A stretch of DNA of 64,000 nucleotides. Source: Planctomycetales bacterium 10988. GTDB taxonomy: Bacteria; Planctomycetota; Planctomycetia; Pirellulales; Pb10988. A program made the position numbers and the translations under genes. The stretch lies in contig CP043547.1 of the NCBI GenBank assembly GCA_009664345.1, positions 2,072,709 to 2,136,708 on the forward strand. Direction: 5' to 3'. Below, piece by piece: positions 60,084-64,000 of this stretch. Numbering within the stretch: the first letter of the stretch is position 1; the number at the start of each line of letters is the position of its first letter. The notes beneath the pieces were generated by a model. The model worked only from the letters and a program-made list of their open reading frames with translations. It was not told the origin of the DNA and did no database searches.

Positions 60084-60463
60084 TGGCCAAATGCGACGAA
60101 GGCTACCGCTGCGAAGTCTGCGGGGAAGATGTCGAATCGATCACCGAGAGCGACCTTTATTTGCGGTACGTTCTTGGACAGGTCGATCCAGAAACGCTCC
60201 ACACTTCACCGGAACGTCACCTTCGCTGTAATCCAACGCTTTCGCAATTCATTGTGGCCGATCGATTCGAGCCGGTGGTGGTCGACGGGCCTTTCGACAA
60301 GCGAACGCTTGATCCCGAGTATGTTCGCCAGCAAGAAGAATGGGTGACGCGGGGGTATTTGCGACTTCGCGAAGTGCTGAAGCTCCAACTTCCCGTGACC
60401 GAATATCCCTTGCCGGAGGCTTTGGAAAAGCTGAAGCGTCTGGCCAATCAGTCGCTTTCTTGA
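60083..60463 (+). CDS. small Cys-containing hypothetical protein, start overlaps dapB stop (TAATG)
   Basis: MAKCDEGYRCEVCGED... 126 aa. ATG at 60083 overlaps the dapB TAA (60081-60083). Confidence 0.5.
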   Translation: MAKCDEGYRCEVCGEDVESITESDLYLRYVLGQVDPETLHTSPERHLRCNPTLSQFIVADRFEPVVVDGPFDKRTLDPEYVRQQEEWVTRGYLRLREVLKLQLPVTEYPLPEALEKLKRLANQSLS

Positions 60464-61491
60464 TGCTGTTGCTTGGCCAAGAGAATCGCTCCTTGCAAGG
60501 CCGCGTTGTCTCGGATCGGAGCCCCGATCACGGTGTATTTTCCCAAAAAGGCGGGATTTACATAGCGGGCGATCTCATGCCGAAGCGGCTCCAAGAATCC
60601 CATCTCTCCGAGGCTTAAAAGTTCACCAGAGAGAATGACATTTTGCGGAGCTAAGAGCGTGATCGATTGTGCAATCGCCCAGGCCAGAACTTCGCGGGTG
60701 TGATCCAAGATTTCAACCGCGAACGCATTGCCACTGAGGGCCGCCTCTAAAATCGTCGTGGTGGAGAGCTTTTCCAAATCGAAATCGCACAACTGCAACA
60801 ATTCTTCCGCTGCCAAATGCAACCGCTTCGCCGCTTGATCGAGGTTTCGTTTTCTTGCGGAAAGATTCGAAGAGGAACCTTCCTCACTTGGCCGCAAGCG
60901 TTGAATGGCACTTTGCCCAGAAAGCCGCTGCCGGGTGGTTTCTACAATGCCGAGATGGCTGACGACCGCCGCGACGTTGGTTTCCGCATGAATCGCCTGC
61001 AAGCCGGGACGCAAATGCCCGATGGCCATGGCCCCGATTCCCTGGCCGGAATAAATCTTGCCATCCAGAATGAACGCGCCGCCAAGTTCCTCTCCGAGGG
61101 AAAGATAAAGAACCGGGTTATTCCCCTTCCCGACTCCATAGTTCGCTTCCGCCAAGGCCGCCGTCTCGCAAGCCTGTCGGATTTTTGCCGGGAGATGAAA
61201 GTGCTGTTCCAACCAGTTTTGAAAGGCAATGCCCTCCCAAACCTCAAATCGAGGGCATTTCAGCAAGGTGCCCCCGTCGGAATCGACTGAGCCTCTGAAA
61301 GCAACGCCGATTCCACGGCACCCGTGCGTTTCAATCAATTCGCCTGCAATGGGCAGCAGTTTCTCAAGATTCCGCTCGATGGAAGATTCGCTTTGGAACA
61401 AAACCTCGGTGGAGACTTCCAGCGGTCCGCCACTGCCAGCGGAAACCCCCAGTTGCAGCTTCTCTCCTTCAATCGCAATTCCTAGGAACAT
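60448..61491 (-). CDS. ROK/BadF-type sugar kinase family protein
   Basis: N-terminal ATPase phosphate-1-like LGIAIEG and a GGYLNL-like glycine motif. No ROK Cys-zinc motif seen, so a BadF/NagK-like kinase is as likely as a ROK protein. Confidence 0.6.
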   Translation of the reverse strand: MFLGIAIEGEKLQLGVSAGSGGPLEVSTEVLFQSESSIERNLEKLLPIAGELIETHGCRGIGVAFRGSVDSDGGTLLKCPRFEVWEGIAFQNWLEQHFHLPAKIRQACETAALAEANYGVGKGNNPVLYLSLGEELGGAFILDGKIYSGQGIGAMAIGHLRPGLQAIHAETNVAAVVSHLGIVETTRQRLSGQSAIQRLRPSEEGSSSNLSARKRNLDQAAKRLHLAAEELLQLCDFDLEKLSTTTILEAALSGNAFAVEILDHTREVLAWAIAQSITLLAPQNVILSGELLSLGEMGFLEPLRHEIARYVNPAFLGKYTVIGAPIRDNAALQGAILLAKQQHQESD

Positions 61492-61536
61492 TGCTTTTCA
61501 ACATCGGGGGTTAAAGGAACAGACCCAATCGAACAA

Positions 61537-62163
61537 TTAGGCGGCCATCTTCCGCATGGTTTGATAACGTCCTTCGCCATTGATGCGGGCAAAGACATCG
61601 TTGAGCACCCAGTGATAAACGGCCAAGTGCAGGCTTTCAACCATGCCCATATCATCAAGCGGACAATGCAAGCACCCATGAGCCATTTGCTTGAGCTTGC
61701 CGCCATTGAATCCGGTGAAGCCGAAGGTTTTCAGCCCATGACGATTGGCCCAATCGATCGCATTGAGGACATTGCCCGAATTTCCCGAGCCACTGATCCC
61801 CACGGCGAGATCGCCCGGCTGGCCAAAATTCATCAACTGCTGGACAAAGATTTGATCGTAATCAAGATCGTTCGCAATGGCTAGCATCCACCCGACATTA
61901 TCCGTCAAACTCATCACTCGCAAGCGTTTGCGGTTCTCATCGTGCAGGTCTTCTTCGCGAAGGGAGCTTTTGCCAAGGTCCTCGCTCATGTGCGTGGCCG
62001 TGGTAGCCGAACCGCCATTGCCGAAGAAATAGACGGTATTGCCCTGTTCATAGGCCTGATAAATCCAGTCGGCCAACTGTCGCATGGCACTGGGATCAAT
62101 CTGTGTCAGTTCGGAATGCAATCGTTGAAGATACGCTTCGGCGGTTAAATGAGCACCAAGCAT
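61537..62163 (-). CDS. SIS-domain sedoheptulose-7-phosphate isomerase (GmhA-like)
   Basis: FGNGGSATTATHMSEDL and GISGSGNSGNV SIS motifs, about 190 aa. Confidence 0.75.
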   Translation of the reverse strand: MLGAHLTAEAYLQRLHSELTQIDPSAMRQLADWIYQAYEQGNTVYFFGNGGSATTATHMSEDLGKSSLREEDLHDENRKRLRVMSLTDNVGWMLAIANDLDYDQIFVQQLMNFGQPGDLAVGISGSGNSGNVLNAIDWANRHGLKTFGFTGFNGGKLKQMAHGCLHCPLDDMGMVESLHLAVYHWVLNDVFARINGEGRYQTMRKMAA

Positions 62164-62426
62164 GGGTTCTAACCTCTTCCCTGATCAATAGTTATAAGAA
62201 ATGCCGTCAAGAGAATGAAGTGGGCTTCTTGAAGTGAGTCGGCCACTGCGAATCCTTCCCAGGGCCATGAAGCGGGGTGAGTATAGTTGAGAACCTATTC
62301 CATGGCTAGAGCGATCTTGATTCCTTTCTAGGTCACCGTACTTCTATATTTCACCAAAAAAGGCTCTCAACTACGAAGAGCCGAGAGCCTTGGGAATTTC
62401 ATAAAAAGTAGTTTTTAGAAGTAAAT

Positions 62427-63960
<1,534 letters not shown>

Positions 63961-64000
63961 TTCTTGGAGAACTTTCGACAGGAAAGGCCTTCCCTTCCCT

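Overview
This 64 kb window looks like a gene-dense bacterial chromosome segment. Inferred from content, it is most likely Planctomycetota: moderate GC, many secreted Pro/Gly-rich proteins, a DUF1080 lipoprotein, paired Ser/Thr kinases, and weak Shine-Dalgarno use. I see no rRNA, tRNA, CRISPR array, transposase or integrase gene.

Recognisable housekeeping genes:
- pdxA, followed by a histidine-phosphatase-family gene
- a class I/II aminotransferase
- a YihX-like HAD phosphatase
- pepF (M3 oligoendopeptidase F)
- fabH
- pyrE
- a LysM plus L,D-transpeptidase protein
- rarA
- a flotillin (SPFH) gene with a YqiJ/NfeD-like partner
- a stand-alone response-regulator receiver domain
- rlmI
- a ClC channel with CBS domains
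- an inositol-monophosphatase/HisN-like gene
- uspA, a CBS-pair protein, an alpha/beta hydrolase, and an Rrf2 regulator
- thrC, dapB, a ROK/BadF-like kinase, a GmhA-like SIS isomerase, and thiC

Lineage-specific or unexplained content between these genes:
- Four tandem paralogous multi-pass membrane proteins (48.9-52.8 kb), each with an N-terminal MSxDNPF tail.
- A three-gene operon of secreted Pro/Gly/Met-rich proteins; two of the three are paralogs.
- Two adjacent Ser/Thr kinases that share an N-terminal domain. One ends in a C4 zinc ribbon that resembles the N-terminus of a separate membrane protein in the window.
- A family of ERIC/MITE-like hairpin repeats built from GTGTTCGGTTTTCAG arms. 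It has two full copies, one minimal copy and two degenerate copies, and the full copies sit right after stop codons.
- A cluster of CATTATTGATTGATAATG-like palindromes in the AT-rich fabH upstream region.
- Two AT-rich noncoding stretches (about 0.76 kb and 0.92 kb) with no ORF.
- A candidate but unconfirmed TPP riboswitch leader on thiC.

The ORF track picks the longest ATG/GTG/TTG ORF and includes the stop codon. Several true starts are probably internal, and I note these per feature.
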